Both the position numbers and the translations under genes were made by a program. DNA of 64,000 nt from Planctomycetota bacterium (GTDB taxonomy: Bacteria > Planctomycetota > UBA1135 > UBA2386): contig OZ245006.1 of the NCBI GenBank assembly GCA_965223545.1, positions 4,672,001 through 4,736,000 of the forward strand, in the 5' to 3' direction. Every line of letters begins with the position of its first letter. Position 1 is the stretch's first letter. Below, piece after piece: positions 1-10,244 of this stretch. A model generated the notes under the pieces. That model was given only the letters and a program-made list of their open reading frames with translations, searched no databases and was not told the origin of the DNA.

Positions 1-193
1 GGCGGTCCTGGGGGTCCTGCGCGATGGAGGAGGTCGGGGTCGCGGCCCTGGGCTGCAGCACACCGGCGATCGATGCCGGTGCCGTCGATTCCGTAGTCGC
101 GAAGACCCAAGCAGCTCCAGTGCAAAGGGTTGTGGCGATTGTGGCGAGAGTGATCAAGGGGCGGTTCGCGGTGCGAGTCGGGCGGAGTGCCAT
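1..193 (-). CDS. Partial CDS (5' end), probable secreted protein running off the left edge
   Basis: ATG at 193 preceded by AAGGA on the minus strand. Open frame MALRPTRTANRPLITLATIATTLCTGAAWVFA... is signal-peptide-like. Not in the ORF track because there is no stop in the window. Confidence 0.6.
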   Translation of the reverse strand, partial: MALRPTRTANRPLITLATIATTLCTGAAWVFATTESTAPASIAGVLQPRAATPTSSIAQDPQDR

Positions 194-416
194 GGTTCGT
201 GATCCTTCGGGCAGTTGCGGTGGGCGCGGGCATCGCGCCCGTTCGCGGGACGGAACGCGATGCGCGAGCGGATCGACCGGCGATTCCGGTGGTTCGCGCG
301 CCGTTTTTAGGCGGGACTCACCGCGCCTTTCTTGGGGGTTCACAAACGGGACCTAGGTTCCGCGCCGCAGCGAACGAGTCGCTGCGACTCCCCAATCCTT
401 TGCACCGGAAACCTCA

Positions 417-2300
417 GTGAATCCCCGCACTCTCTATCGGTCCATCGTTCCCCTCGCCGTCGCCGCGCTGGCGCATGGCCAAGAGGTCTTGGTCAGCAAC
501 GACATCGCGGTGTCGACGACCTGGACCGCGAACAACATCTACAACCTGCAAGACCAGATCTACGTCCTGCCCGGCGCCACGCTCACCATCGAGGCCGGCA
601 CCGTCATCGCGAGCACGACCAACTTGGGCGGCAGCCTGGCGGTCGCGCGCGGCGCTCAGATCTTCGTCAAGGGCACCGAGCAGCGCCCCGTCATCATGAC
701 TTCGAAGGCCGACGTCGCCACTTGGACCGGGGGCGACCCGAAGACCGGCACTTGGCGTGAGGTCGCCAACGAGTGGGGCAACCTGACCATCATGGGGTCG
801 GCATACATCTCGGAGAACGCCACGATCGGCAATACGCCCAAGCCGAAGGCCAGCAACACCGCGGCGATGGAAGGTCTCATCGCCCAGCGCCCCGGCGATC
901 CCAACGTCCTCTACGGCGGTGGCAACGACGATGACGACAGCGGCTCGATCAGCTACCTGTCGCTGCGCTACGGCGGCAAGGTCATCGCCTTGACGAACGA
1001 ACTCAACGGGCTGTCGCTGGGTGGCATCGGTCGCGAGACCGACATCCACCACGTCGAAATCATGAACAACGTCGACGACGGCATCGAAGTCTGGGGCGGC
1101 ACCGTCAATCTCAAGTACTTCAGCATATGGAATGTCGGCGATGACAGCTTCGACGTCGACCAGGGGTGGCGGGGCAAGGCCCAGTTCGGCCTGATCGTGC
1201 AGGGGCACAGCCTCGATGCGAGCCAGGGATCCGGTGTCGGTGACAACGCGTTCGAGACCGACGGCGCCGAGGACTCCGACTGGCAGCCGGTAACCACGGC
1301 ATCGATCTACAACTGCACCGTGATCGGTCAGCCGGCCGATGGTGACGGCTTGACCGCTTGGCGTGACAACGCCCGCGTGCAGTACCGCAACTGCATCTTC
1401 ATGGATGGCGGCGAGCAGGTCGTCCGCTTCGACGACAAGGACGGCGACGGCGCCAATGGCTACGGCTTCAACGGAACCCTGTCGTGGCCCGCGACTTGGA
1501 CCACGAGTCATACCGTGACCTCGCCGGTCAACGCGCCGGCCAACCCGGCGGCGTTCTATCGCGCGCAGACCTCCGGCATGCTGGCAGAGATCGTCGACAG
1601 CGTGTTCTACAACAACGCCCACTCCTCCGCCTACACCGAGGCGAACGCGCGCGGCGTGTTCGCGGCGGCGAACAACAACGTCCGAGAGCCCGCCAGTTCG
1701 CCGATCGTGTCGATCACGCGCGGCGCGCCGGTGCTCAAGGGCGGCAAAGTCCTGTTCCCGGTCACCTTCCTCGATCCGCGCCCTGCCGGGGACGCGCTCA
1801 GCAGCGCTGCGTTTGCCAGCGCCGACGGCTTCCTGTCGTCCGCCGCCTACCGCGGCGCGTTTGCTTCAGGCAACAACTGGCTTTGTGGATGGACGGCTTC
1901 GGAGGCCTTCGGCTTCACTCCGGCCGAGCGTTGGTGCGACCTCGGCCTCGCCACCGCCGGCGTCAATGGCGATCCGGTCCTGGCTGGTTCCGGACCGCTG
2001 ACCGCTGGCAGCACCGCGACCCTGGACCTGAGCAACGCGGCCCCGCTGACGCCGACCGCCCTCGCCATCGGCCCGGCACGCCTGAACCTGCCGATCGTCG
2101 GCGCCATCCTCGTGCCCAACGTCGCCCTCGGCGGCACGATTCCGCTGGGCACGACTGCGAGCGGCGACTTCGGCTTGAACTTCCGTTGGCCGGCGGGGGT
2201 CCCGTCCGGCGCGGCCTTCTACTTCCAGTACTTCATTCTCGACGCCGCCGGTCCGGCCGGCTTCTCGGCGTCGAACGCGGTGTCCGCCACCGCGCCTTGA
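417..2300 (+). CDS. Secreted TBDR-associated protein (parallel beta-helix-like, Asp/Gly/Asn-rich) with shared C-terminal domain
   Basis: Signal peptide (AHG-Q). Motifs ATLTIEAGTVI, YGGGNDDDDSGSISYLSLRYGG, NELNGLSLGGIG, DDGIEVWGG, GDDSFDVDQGW. C-terminal domain from ~1932. Confidence 0.8.
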   Translation: MNPRTLYRSIVPLAVAALAHGQEVLVSNDIAVSTTWTANNIYNLQDQIYVLPGATLTIEAGTVIASTTNLGGSLAVARGAQIFVKGTEQRPVIMTSKADVATWTGGDPKTGTWREVANEWGNLTIMGSAYISENATIGNTPKPKASNTAAMEGLIAQRPGDPNVLYGGGNDDDDSGSISYLSLRYGGKVIALTNELNGLSLGGIGRETDIHHVEIMNNVDDGIEVWGGTVNLKYFSIWNVGDDSFDVDQGWRGKAQFGLIVQGHSLDASQGSGVGDNAFETDGAEDSDWQPVTTASIYNCTVIGQPADGDGLTAWRDNARVQYRNCIFMDGGEQVVRFDDKDGDGANGYGFNGTLSWPATWTTSHTVTSPVNAPANPAAFYRAQTSGMLAEIVDSVFYNNAHSSAYTEANARGVFAAANNNVREPASSPIVSITRGAPVLKGGKVLFPVTFLDPRPAGDALSSAAFASADGFLSSAAYRGAFASGNNWLCGWTASEAFGFTPAERWCDLGLATAGVNGDPVLAGSGPLTAGSTATLDLSNAAPLTPTALAIGPARLNLPIVGAILVPNVALGGTIPLGTTASGDFGLNFRWPAGVPSGAAFYFQYFILDAAGPAGFSASNAVSATAP

Positions 2301-2318
2301 TTGCTGACTCCGACCTCC

Positions 2319-2342
2319 ATCCGTCCGGCCAAGAGGACGGAT
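2319..2342 (+). other. Intra-operon stem-loop after first gene
   Basis: ATCCGTCC-GGCCAAGA-GGACGGAT, perfect 8-bp stem, no U tract. Confidence 0.4.
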
Positions 2343-2432
2343 CCTGAACCGTCGCGATGCCGTGCTGTGGCCCCATTGGCCGCCGCGCGGCTTTCCCCGC
2401 CGATTGACCCCGGTACCTCCCTCCCTCAATCC

Positions 2433-3593
2433 GTGCACTCTTCCCTCCGTTTCGCGCAACTCGCTGCGCTGTTGCTGTTCGTCTCGTGTGGTGGCCCCGA
2501 ATCTCCCAGTCCGGCCGCAGGCGCGCGCACGCTCCTGTCGCTGGCCGAACGCGCCGCGACTCTGGTGCCGGTAGATCCCCACGTAAAGACACGGGCACGG
2601 TTACAGGAGCAAGTCGCGCTCCTCTACCTGGATGCGGGCGACGTCGAGAGCGCGCGGGCGATCGCAGCCGATGTGCAGGGCTGGCGGCGCGGGTCGGTGC
2701 TCGCCGCTATCGCGGCGTCGGCGATCGAAGCTGGGCGGACCGAGGAGGCGCGCGCGGCCCTGGCCGCCGCCGACGCCACCGTCAGTACCTTGGCGCGAAA
2801 CCCGGTCGAGCAGCAATGGCGCATCGACCGGATCCGGCAGCACATCGACGCCGTCCGCTCCTTGCTCCGACCGGGAGAGGTGGCGGGCGAGGATGCGATC
2901 GCGCTCGGCATCGCGACCTCGACGCCGGAACAGGCGCGCGCTCTGCTCAGGGCTCACGAATCCGTACCCGTGACCGGCGACTTTGACGCGACCCGGCGGG
3001 TCATGGTGCTGTTTGGCCGTCTGCACGAGGATTGCACGGATCCGCAGCTGCGCGAAGAGCTGCGCCAACGCCTGCTGCAAGGTGCTGGCGACCTGCCCGG
3101 TGAGGCTAGGATCATGCTGTTCGTCGAAGTCGCCGCCGCGGCGCTGGACCACGGCGATCGCGAGGCGCCGGCGGAGCTACTGGAGCAGGCAGCACGGGTC
3201 CTCGATGGCGGCGATTGGCTGCCTGACCACCGCATTCGCCTCGCGGCGCGGATCGAAGCCACGCGCTATCGCCTCGCTGATGCGGCGCAGGTCCACAACG
3301 CGATCCGTGAGCTGTACGCCGACTATCGAGCGGCCCGCGAGCGGATTATCGACATCGACCGTGCCGACGCCCTGCGCGCGATCGGCAAGGCGCTCGCCAC
3401 CGCCGGTGACCGTGCCAGGGCGACCGAGGTCTTCGACGAAGCGCTGACCGCGGGCTTTGCCAATCCTAACGCCCGACCTCGGGCCGAGGACTTGGTCGCC
3501 ACCTGTGCGGCCTTGCTGAACAGCGCCATCACAACGCCCGTGCTGATCGACCGGGTGCGGCAACAAGTCGACGCGCTGCGCGACCCATGGTGA
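2433..3593 (+). CDS. Helical-repeat (TPR-like) lipoprotein
   Basis: GTG start gives MHSSLRFAQLAALLLFVSCGG (lipobox-like Cys). Ala/Leu-rich helical repeats. Overlaps the TBDR start. Confidence 0.65.
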   Translation: MHSSLRFAQLAALLLFVSCGGPESPSPAAGARTLLSLAERAATLVPVDPHVKTRARLQEQVALLYLDAGDVESARAIAADVQGWRRGSVLAAIAASAIEAGRTEEARAALAAADATVSTLARNPVEQQWRIDRIRQHIDAVRSLLRPGEVAGEDAIALGIATSTPEQARALLRAHESVPVTGDFDATRRVMVLFGRLHEDCTDPQLREELRQRLLQGAGDLPGEARIMLFVEVAAAALDHGDREAPAELLEQAARVLDGGDWLPDHRIRLAARIEATRYRLADAAQVHNAIRELYADYRAARERIIDIDRADALRAIGKALATAGDRARATEVFDEALTAGFANPNARPRAEDLVATCAALLNSAITTPVLIDRVRQQVDALRDPW

Positions 3594-6562
3594 TACCCGG
3601 CGCCAACCACGAGCGGAGTGGTCCGTTGTTGATCGCGTTATTCACCCTGTCGTCGTTCGCGGCCGCCCAGCAGGCCTCGCCGGGTCGGCTGCGGGGCACG
3701 GTGCGCGACGCCGAGCTGCAGTTGCCGTTGGGCAATGCACGGGTCGCGATCGTCGAACTCGGGCGCTCCACCGTCACCGACGAGGCCGGCAACTACTCGC
3801 TCGACCGGGTTTCGGCGGGAACGTACACGGTCGTCATCTCCAAGAGCGGATATGTCCGGGCGGTGCGCGCTGGCGTTGTGATCAACAGCGCGGCGATGAC
3901 CGAGATCGATGTCGCGCTGCCGCCGGTGGTGGTCGAGGTGCCGGAGTTCGTGGTCGAGGACTTGCTGGATCTTGATGCCGGCAGCGAGGTCGCCTTGCTG
4001 GATCTGCGCTTCGAGAGCCCGTCGGTAATGGACTCGATCGGTGCCGACATGATGGGACGCGCCGGTGTGTCGGATGCGGCCAGCGCGCTGCGGATCGTCG
4101 CCGGCGCGACCGTGCGCGACGGCAAGTCGGCGGTGATCCGCGGGCTGCCCGATCGCTACGTCAGCTCGCAGGTCAACGCCATGCGTTTGCCCAGTGCCGA
4201 CGAGGACAAGCGTGCGGTGGAGCTCGATCAATTCCCCGGTGCCGTGGTCGAGAGCATCCAGGTCTCCAAGACCTTCACTCCCGACCAGCAAGGCGACGCG
4301 TCGGGGGGCGCCGTCGACGTGCGGTTGGTGGGTGTGCCCAGCGTCCCGTTCTTTTTCGATCTCAAGCTGCAGACGACCTACGACTCACAGGCCACAGGCC
4401 GCAGCCGGTTCTTGACCTACGAAGGTGGGGGCGTCCACGCCTGGGGTCGCGGGGTGGAAGACCGCGCACCGCAGCTGGAGAGCCTCGGCGAGAACTGGAC
4501 CGGCGCGGTCGGCGTGCAGCGGGCCGAAGCCCCGGAGGAGTACAAGCTGTCTACCTCTCTCGGTGGCTCTCTCGACGTCGGCGACTACGTCGTCGGCGGG
4601 TTCGCCAGCTTCGTCTACGAGCGCGACAGCGCGTTCGACGATTCGGGCATCGACGATTCGATGTGGGTCGAGCGGCCCGGAGCTCCGATGACGCCCAAGG
4701 CGTTCCAGGGCAGCGTCGGCGAGGGCGACTTCAAGACCGGGTTGTTCGACGTCACGCGCGGCTCGCAATCGGTGCAGTGGGGTGGGGTCGCCGGAGTCGG
4801 CATCGCCACCGAGAGTCAGTCGATCGATCTGACCTACTTCTATACGCGAACCGCCGAGGACGCGGCGGTGCTGGCCGAGGACACTCGCGGCAAGCAGTTC
4901 TTCTTTCCCGGCCACGACCCGAACGACCCCAACACCCCCGGGCACAGCGAGCCCGATGCGGCACCCTACCTTCGGCTCGAGACCCTGCAGTACACCGAGC
5001 GCATCGCCGAGACGCTGCAGCTGCGCGGCAGCCATGAGATGGCGCTGGACCTCGGGGTCTTCGACTCGCCGACGCTGCGATGGTCGGTCGCCGACAGCGC
5101 CGCGACGGCCCGCCAACCCGACAAGCGGCAATTTGGCTCGCAGTTCCGTCCGGCGCGCAGCTTCGGGCCGCTGACGATTCCGGCGACCCAGCTTCCGTTC
5201 AAGCCGAGCGCCAACTTCACGCTCGGCAACCTGCAGCGCATCTACAAGACGATCGAGGAGGAGAGCCAGCAGTACTCCGGAGACCTCGACCTGCCCTTCG
5301 GCGACTGGGCGGATGGCGAGGGTGCCCTTCGTTTCGGCGTGTATCGCGACAAGGTGCGCCGCACGTTCGACCAAGACACGTTCAGCAATTTCGGCGACAA
5401 CAGCAGCTTCAACGCGCCGTTCGAGCAACTGTGGAGCGCGGCCTTCCCGTTCGAGAGTCACCCGATCACCGCCTCCGAGAGCGATGTCGATTACGTCGGT
5501 GATCAGCGCATCGATGCCTGGTATGCGATGACTGAGCTCCCGGTGCTGGATGACCTGACCATCGTGGGCGGCGTACGCTTCGAGTCGACCGAGATCGGCA
5601 TCGTCAACGACGCCGAATCCGAGGCGACCTGGTTTCCGGCAGGGTCGCTGGCGCAGACTCAGCTCAATCCGGGCGACGCCGACGTCGACTTTCGTCAAGC
5701 GGATGCTCTGCCCGCGATCACGTTGATCTATCGCCCGCTGGATCGACTGACCCTCCGCGCGGCCTACAGCGAGACAGTGGCGCGCCCGACGTTCAAGGAG
5801 CTCACCCCGATCTTGCAGCAGGAGTTCCTCGGTGGACCGATCTTCATCGGCAACCCGGAGCTCGGCATGAGCGCTCTGCAGAACTTCGACCTGCGCATCG
5901 ACTTCGAGCCGTACGCCGGCGGCCTCTGGTCAGCTTCGTGGTTTCGCAAGAACATCGACAAACCGATCGAGTACGTGCAGAAGATCGCGTCCTTCGATTA
6001 CACGACGGCGGAGAACTACCCGAGGGGAGTGCTGAAGGGGGTCGAGCTCGAGGCGCGTCAAGCCCTCGGCCACTACTGGGAGGGTCTCGAAGGGACCAGT
6101 ATCGGCGCCAACGCCACGTTCATCGATGCGACCGTGACGCTGCCAGCCGACGAGGCCGCCGCCTTCAATCTGCCCAACATCCAGGCACCGATGACCGAGC
6201 GCGACATGACCAACGCGCCCGAGCACTTGTACAACCTGTTCTTGACCCTCGATCTGGAGCGTACCGGAACGCGTCTCGGCCTGTTCTACACGGTGCAGGG
6301 CGACACCTTGGTTGCCGGCGCGGGCCAGTCCACAGGCAACTTCGTACCCAGTGTGTACGCGACCGGGTTCGACACCCTCAACTTCACTCTTGCGCAGCAG
6401 CTGAGCCCGTACCTCTCACTGCAGTTCCGCGCCAAGAACCTCACGAATCCAACGATCCGAGAGGTCTATCGCTCACCGTACATCGGCGGCGACGTCACCA
6501 ACACGGCCCGACGCGCCGGTACCGAGTTCTCCATCTCCATCGGTGGTGAAGTCTCGTTCTGA
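3587..6562 (+). CDS. TonB-dependent receptor with N-terminal carboxypeptidase-regulatory-like domain
   Basis: Plug motifs IRGLPDRY and VESIQVSKTFTPD, barrel motif RAAYSETVARPTFKEL, AKNLTN, C-terminal Phe. Confidence 0.92.
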   Translation: MVIPGANHERSGPLLIALFTLSSFAAAQQASPGRLRGTVRDAELQLPLGNARVAIVELGRSTVTDEAGNYSLDRVSAGTYTVVISKSGYVRAVRAGVVINSAAMTEIDVALPPVVVEVPEFVVEDLLDLDAGSEVALLDLRFESPSVMDSIGADMMGRAGVSDAASALRIVAGATVRDGKSAVIRGLPDRYVSSQVNAMRLPSADEDKRAVELDQFPGAVVESIQVSKTFTPDQQGDASGGAVDVRLVGVPSVPFFFDLKLQTTYDSQATGRSRFLTYEGGGVHAWGRGVEDRAPQLESLGENWTGAVGVQRAEAPEEYKLSTSLGGSLDVGDYVVGGFASFVYERDSAFDDSGIDDSMWVERPGAPMTPKAFQGSVGEGDFKTGLFDVTRGSQSVQWGGVAGVGIATESQSIDLTYFYTRTAEDAAVLAEDTRGKQFFFPGHDPNDPNTPGHSEPDAAPYLRLETLQYTERIAETLQLRGSHEMALDLGVFDSPTLRWSVADSAATARQPDKRQFGSQFRPARSFGPLTIPATQLPFKPSANFTLGNLQRIYKTIEEESQQYSGDLDLPFGDWADGEGALRFGVYRDKVRRTFDQDTFSNFGDNSSFNAPFEQLWSAAFPFESHPITASESDVDYVGDQRIDAWYAMTELPVLDDLTIVGGVRFESTEIGIVNDAESEATWFPAGSLAQTQLNPGDADVDFRQADALPAITLIYRPLDRLTLRAAYSETVARPTFKELTPILQQEFLGGPIFIGNPELGMSALQNFDLRIDFEPYAGGLWSASWFRKNIDKPIEYVQKIASFDYTTAENYPRGVLKGVELEARQALGHYWEGLEGTSIGANATFIDATVTLPADEAAAFNLPNIQAPMTERDMTNAPEHLYNLFLTLDLERTGTRLGLFYTVQGDTLVAGAGQSTGNFVPSVYATGFDTLNFTLAQQLSPYLSLQFRAKNLTNPTIREVYRSPYIGGDVTNTARRAGTEFSISIGGEVSF

Positions 6563-6590
6563 CCGAGCAAGTGCCATCCAGGTCCGACCC

Positions 6591-7439
6591 ATGAATAGCT
6601 ATACTCCCCGCCGCCACGGCCCCAGGGCATTTCATCACGGGCGCGTTCTCGGCGTCGTCGCCGCACTAGTAACGAGCGCGAGCGCGGTCGCCCAAGCTCC
6701 CGGCGCAGCCAATCCGGCTGCGCGCGTCGACGAGACGCGTTCCGTACTCGAGCAATGGGTGCAGTTGCGCCGCATGATCTCGGCCGAGAAGCGCGACTGG
6801 CGTCTCGGCAAGGAGGTCTTGGAGACCCGAAGCCAAGTCCTGCAACGCGAGATCGACGACGTTCGCGAACGCATCGACGAGGCGTCGGCCAATCTCAGCG
6901 AGGCCGATCGAACCCGCGAGGAGTTACAACGGGTGCAGGAGCGACAGCGTGCGAGCCGAGATGCAATTGTCGCCGCGTTGACCGAGGCCGAAGGCGCGCT
7001 GCGCGCCTTGCTGTCCCGCCTGCCGCCACCGCTCCGCGACCGGCTGTCGGCACCGATCGCAGTGGTCGCTTCCGATGCGGGGACTGCGGCGGGCGGCGCC
7101 GCGAAGTCGGTGGCTCAGCGGATGGCCGCGGTGGTCGCCATTCTGACCGAGTGCGAGCGGTTCAACCGCGAGATCACGCTCGCGCACGAGCTGCGCGAGC
7201 TGGACGACGGCCGCAGTGCCGAGGTGCGCGTGCTGTACTTGGGACTCGGCCAGGCGTTCTACGTCACCGCCAGCGATGACGCCGCCGGCGTTGGAGCCCC
7301 CACCGAAAACGGATGGGCCTGGGTGGCGGCGAACGATGCCGCGGGGGTCATTAGAAAGGCGATCGACGTCTACGAGCAGACCTCGCCAGCGGCGTTCGTC
7401 CACCTACCCGTTTCGGTTCGAACGGGGGCAACCCGATGA
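6591..7439 (+). CDS. DUF3450-family coiled-coil protein (TtpB-like TonB accessory)
   Basis: Signal peptide, long coiled coil, EVRVLYLGLGQAFYV and FVHLPV ending. Sits between TBDR and the large ExbB. Confidence 0.75.
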   Translation: MNSYTPRRHGPRAFHHGRVLGVVAALVTSASAVAQAPGAANPAARVDETRSVLEQWVQLRRMISAEKRDWRLGKEVLETRSQVLQREIDDVRERIDEASANLSEADRTREELQRVQERQRASRDAIVAALTEAEGALRALLSRLPPPLRDRLSAPIAVVASDAGTAAGGAAKSVAQRMAAVVAILTECERFNREITLAHELRELDDGRSAEVRVLYLGLGQAFYVTASDDAAGVGAPTENGWAWVAANDAAGVIRKAIDVYEQTSPAAFVHLPVSVRTGATR

Positions 7440-9016
7440 CATCGTTTCTCAGGCCGGGCCCGGTCCGGATAGTCGCCGCGCTGGCCGCCGGCTGTCTGCT
7501 GCCCGCCCAGGAAGCCGAGCAGATCACCCCGGCTGACAAGGCTCTAACGTCGGTCGCGACCGACGTGCGTGGCAAGATGCAAGAGGCGGTCGCCGAGCTG
7601 GAGCAACTCCGCGCGCTGATCGCGGAGCAGCGCCTGCCGTTGGACCGCGGCCTGCGGGAGCGGGAGGACGAGTTGTTGCGCTTGCGCACGCAATATCAAG
7701 AGCGCGTGCGCACTCTCGACAGCACGGCTTTGTCGCTCAACACGCTGCGCGACGAGAACAACCGCGGCAAGGCGGAGGCGGAGTACGTCGAGGGCCTTCT
7801 CTTGGCCTACACACGGTCGTTCGAAGCCGGCTTGCACATCGCCGAGTACGCTCGGTACGCGGATGCGTTGAGGATCGTCCGAGACCTGGATCAGGCGGCG
7901 CCCGGCGACGACGAGGCCCCGTGGTCCTCGTTGTTCGAGGTCCTCGACACCGGCGTGCGCCGCCTTGAAGGATCCATCGGCGGGGCTCGGTTCTCCGGTC
8001 GTGCACTCGACGGAGATGGCATTGCCCAGCAAGGCGAGTTCGTCCTGGTCGGTCCTGTCGCGACGTTCGTCGCCGCCAACCGTCGTGCCGCCGGCTCGGT
8101 CGAGCAGCGGCTCGGTTCGTCCGAGCCGACCGCGGTACCGTTTCCGGACGACGAGGACGGCGCGGCGGCCCGCGCGTGGGTGGAGAGCGGCACCGGCCCG
8201 ATGCCGGTCGACGCCACGCTCGGCAACGCCCAGATCGTGGCGGCGACCCGAGAAACCCTATGGCAGCACGTGCAGAAGGGTGGACCGGTAATGGTACCGA
8301 TTATCGTGATGGCGGGCTGTGCGTTGCTCGTCGCCATCTACAAGTGGCTGGCCTTGTCTCTCCTTCGGCGGCCTGCCAAAGCGAGAATGGAGGCGCTGCT
8401 CCGGGCCGTCGACAAGGGCAATCGAGAGGCGGCTGCCGCCGAGGTCGCCAAGATTCGAGGACCGATCGGTGCGATGCTCGCCGACGGAGTCGCCCATCTG
8501 AGCGAACCTCGCCAGCTGGTCGAGGAGGTCATGTACGAGTCGCTGCTCCGCGCTCGACTCCAGCTGCAGCGGCTGCTGCCGTTCATCGCGATCTGCGCGG
8601 CGGCGGCACCCCTGCTGGGCTTGCTCGGCACCGTGACCGGCATCATCAACACCTTCAAGCAGATCACGGTGTTCGGTTCGGGCGACGTCAGGATGCTGTC
8701 GGGCGGAATTTCGGAGGCGCTGATCACTACCAAGTTCGGTCTGATAGTCGCGATCCCCTCGCTCCTCCTGCACGCGTACCTTTCCCGCAAGGCGCGCCGC
8801 GTGACCGACGAGATGGAATCGGCGGGAATGGCGCTGCTGAACCGGTTGCCGTCCACCACCGACCGGCCGCCTGCTGGCGCGGTGGATGTGCCGGCGACGG
8901 CGTTGCCGGCGTCGTCGGAGATCAAGCGCCAGGTCGGCGAGATTCTGGTCGAGATGCTCGGCCCCCTGCATCCGCGCGGGAACGCCGACAAGCGCCAACC
9001 GTCACGGGTCGGTTGA
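7436..9016 (+). CDS. exbB: Large MotA/TolQ/ExbB-family protein (TtpC-like) with periplasmic coiled coil
   Basis: KGGPVM, APLLGLLGTVTGII, GGISEALITT, plus a long N-terminal extension. Confidence 0.88.
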   Translation: MTSFLRPGPVRIVAALAAGCLLPAQEAEQITPADKALTSVATDVRGKMQEAVAELEQLRALIAEQRLPLDRGLREREDELLRLRTQYQERVRTLDSTALSLNTLRDENNRGKAEAEYVEGLLLAYTRSFEAGLHIAEYARYADALRIVRDLDQAAPGDDEAPWSSLFEVLDTGVRRLEGSIGGARFSGRALDGDGIAQQGEFVLVGPVATFVAANRRAAGSVEQRLGSSEPTAVPFPDDEDGAAARAWVESGTGPMPVDATLGNAQIVAATRETLWQHVQKGGPVMVPIIVMAGCALLVAIYKWLALSLLRRPAKARMEALLRAVDKGNREAAAAEVAKIRGPIGAMLADGVAHLSEPRQLVEEVMYESLLRARLQLQRLLPFIAICAAAAPLLGLLGTVTGIINTFKQITVFGSGDVRMLSGGISEALITTKFGLIVAIPSLLLHAYLSRKARRVTDEMESAGMALLNRLPSTTDRPPAGAVDVPATALPASSEIKRQVGEILVEMLGPLHPRGNADKRQPSRVG

Positions 9017-9023
9017 ACCGTCG

Positions 9024-9776
9024 ATGATCGCCACTCTTGTCGAAGTCAACGCGACCGTCCGGGGCCAGCCGGCAGCGCTGCCATCGGCGGACGATCCGCT
9101 TTCTTGGTCGGGGTTCGTGCAGCAGGCGTGGCTCACGTGGCAGGACGGCGGCTGGGCGATGGTCGCCATTGCCGCCATCGCGCTGATCCTGTTCAGCGTC
9201 GGGTTCCGCTTGCTACTCGAGCTGCGACGACAGGGCACCCTGGTCCTCGAGGAGGACACCTGGCGGACATGGATCGACGATCCGGAGACCCGGCACGGCC
9301 GGCTCGGGGCGCTGTTGGATGCGGCGCTCCGCGACTGCAACCTCGAGCGAGTCGGCACCGTGTTCTCCGAGTATCAGAGCTTGGAGGCGGGCAGTACGCG
9401 CCGCGACTTGCGCATCATGCGGGTCTGCGTCGCCGCAGCACCGCTCGTCGGGCTGCTCGGCACCGTCACCGGCATGCTCTCCACGTTCTCGGCGCTATCC
9501 GCTGGCGGTGCCAGCGAGCAGACCATGACGATGATCGCGGGCGGAATCTCCGAAGCCCTGATCACCACCGAGACCGGCCTGGTTGTGGCTCTGCCCGGGT
9601 TGTTCTTCCTGCACCACTTGCAGCGCAGCGATGCCCGTTGGCGCGCCGCGCTTGCCCATCTCGAGAGTGCCTGTGCACAAGCGGTCCATTGCCAGCTGCT
9701 CCGCCGTGGCCGTGAGCGAAGCCGCGAACGAGCGATGGCGTTGATCGCCGACCGCCTGTTGCAAGCGGTCTCTTGA
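9024..9776 (+). CDS. exbB: MotA/TolQ/ExbB proton channel protein
   Basis: APLVGLLGTVTGML, GGISEALITTETGLVVALP. Confidence 0.88.
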   Translation: MIATLVEVNATVRGQPAALPSADDPLSWSGFVQQAWLTWQDGGWAMVAIAAIALILFSVGFRLLLELRRQGTLVLEEDTWRTWIDDPETRHGRLGALLDAALRDCNLERVGTVFSEYQSLEAGSTRRDLRIMRVCVAAAPLVGLLGTVTGMLSTFSALSAGGASEQTMTMIAGGISEALITTETGLVVALPGLFFLHHLQRSDARWRAALAHLESACAQAVHCQLLRRGRERSRERAMALIADRLLQAVS

Positions 9777-9830
9777 GCGTCACCAGCCGTACCTACTTCT
9801 GAGTTTCCTGACCCCAGATTGAGCTATCCA

Positions 9831-10244
9831 ATGCGCCGTTTCCGCAACAGCTCAGTCGATGACGAAGCCGAGGCCGGCATCGACATGTCGCCGCTCATCG
9901 ACTGTGTCTTCATCTTGCTGATCTTCTTCATCGTGACGACCGTGTTCGTCGAGGAGACGGGCGTCGAGGTCGACCGCCCTCAAGCTGCCTCCGCGGCGCA
10001 GCTCGAGAGCAATAGCATCCTGATTGCGCTCACCGAGACCGGTGAGATCGTGTATGGGGAGCGCGAGATCGGTGTCGGCGGAATCCAGCCGCTGGTCAAG
10101 CGACTGCTGGCAAAGGAAGACCTGCCGGTCATCATCCAGGCCGACGGTGACTCCATGTCCGGCTTGCTGGTGAGGATTGTCGATGAGGCCAAGCTGGCCG
10201 GGGCGAAGAAGGTCAGTGTCGCGACCCGAGCCGGACAGGGATGA
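9831..10244 (+). CDS. exbD: Biopolymer transporter ExbD
   Basis: IDMSPLIDCVFILLIFFIVTTVF; VIIQAD. Confidence 0.93.
   Translation: MRRFRNSSVDDEAEAGIDMSPLIDCVFILLIFFIVTTVFVEETGVEVDRPQAASAAQLESNSILIALTETGEIVYGEREIGVGGIQPLVKRLLAKEDLPVIIQADGDSMSGLLVRIVDEAKLAGAKKVSVATRAGQG

Noticed and set aside
194..416. Pho boxes or riboswitch in the divergent promoter; hairpin at 230-263
   Set aside because: No convincing 11-bp-period GTCA repeats. The hairpins are plausible by chance at this GC, and no known aptamer was recognised.
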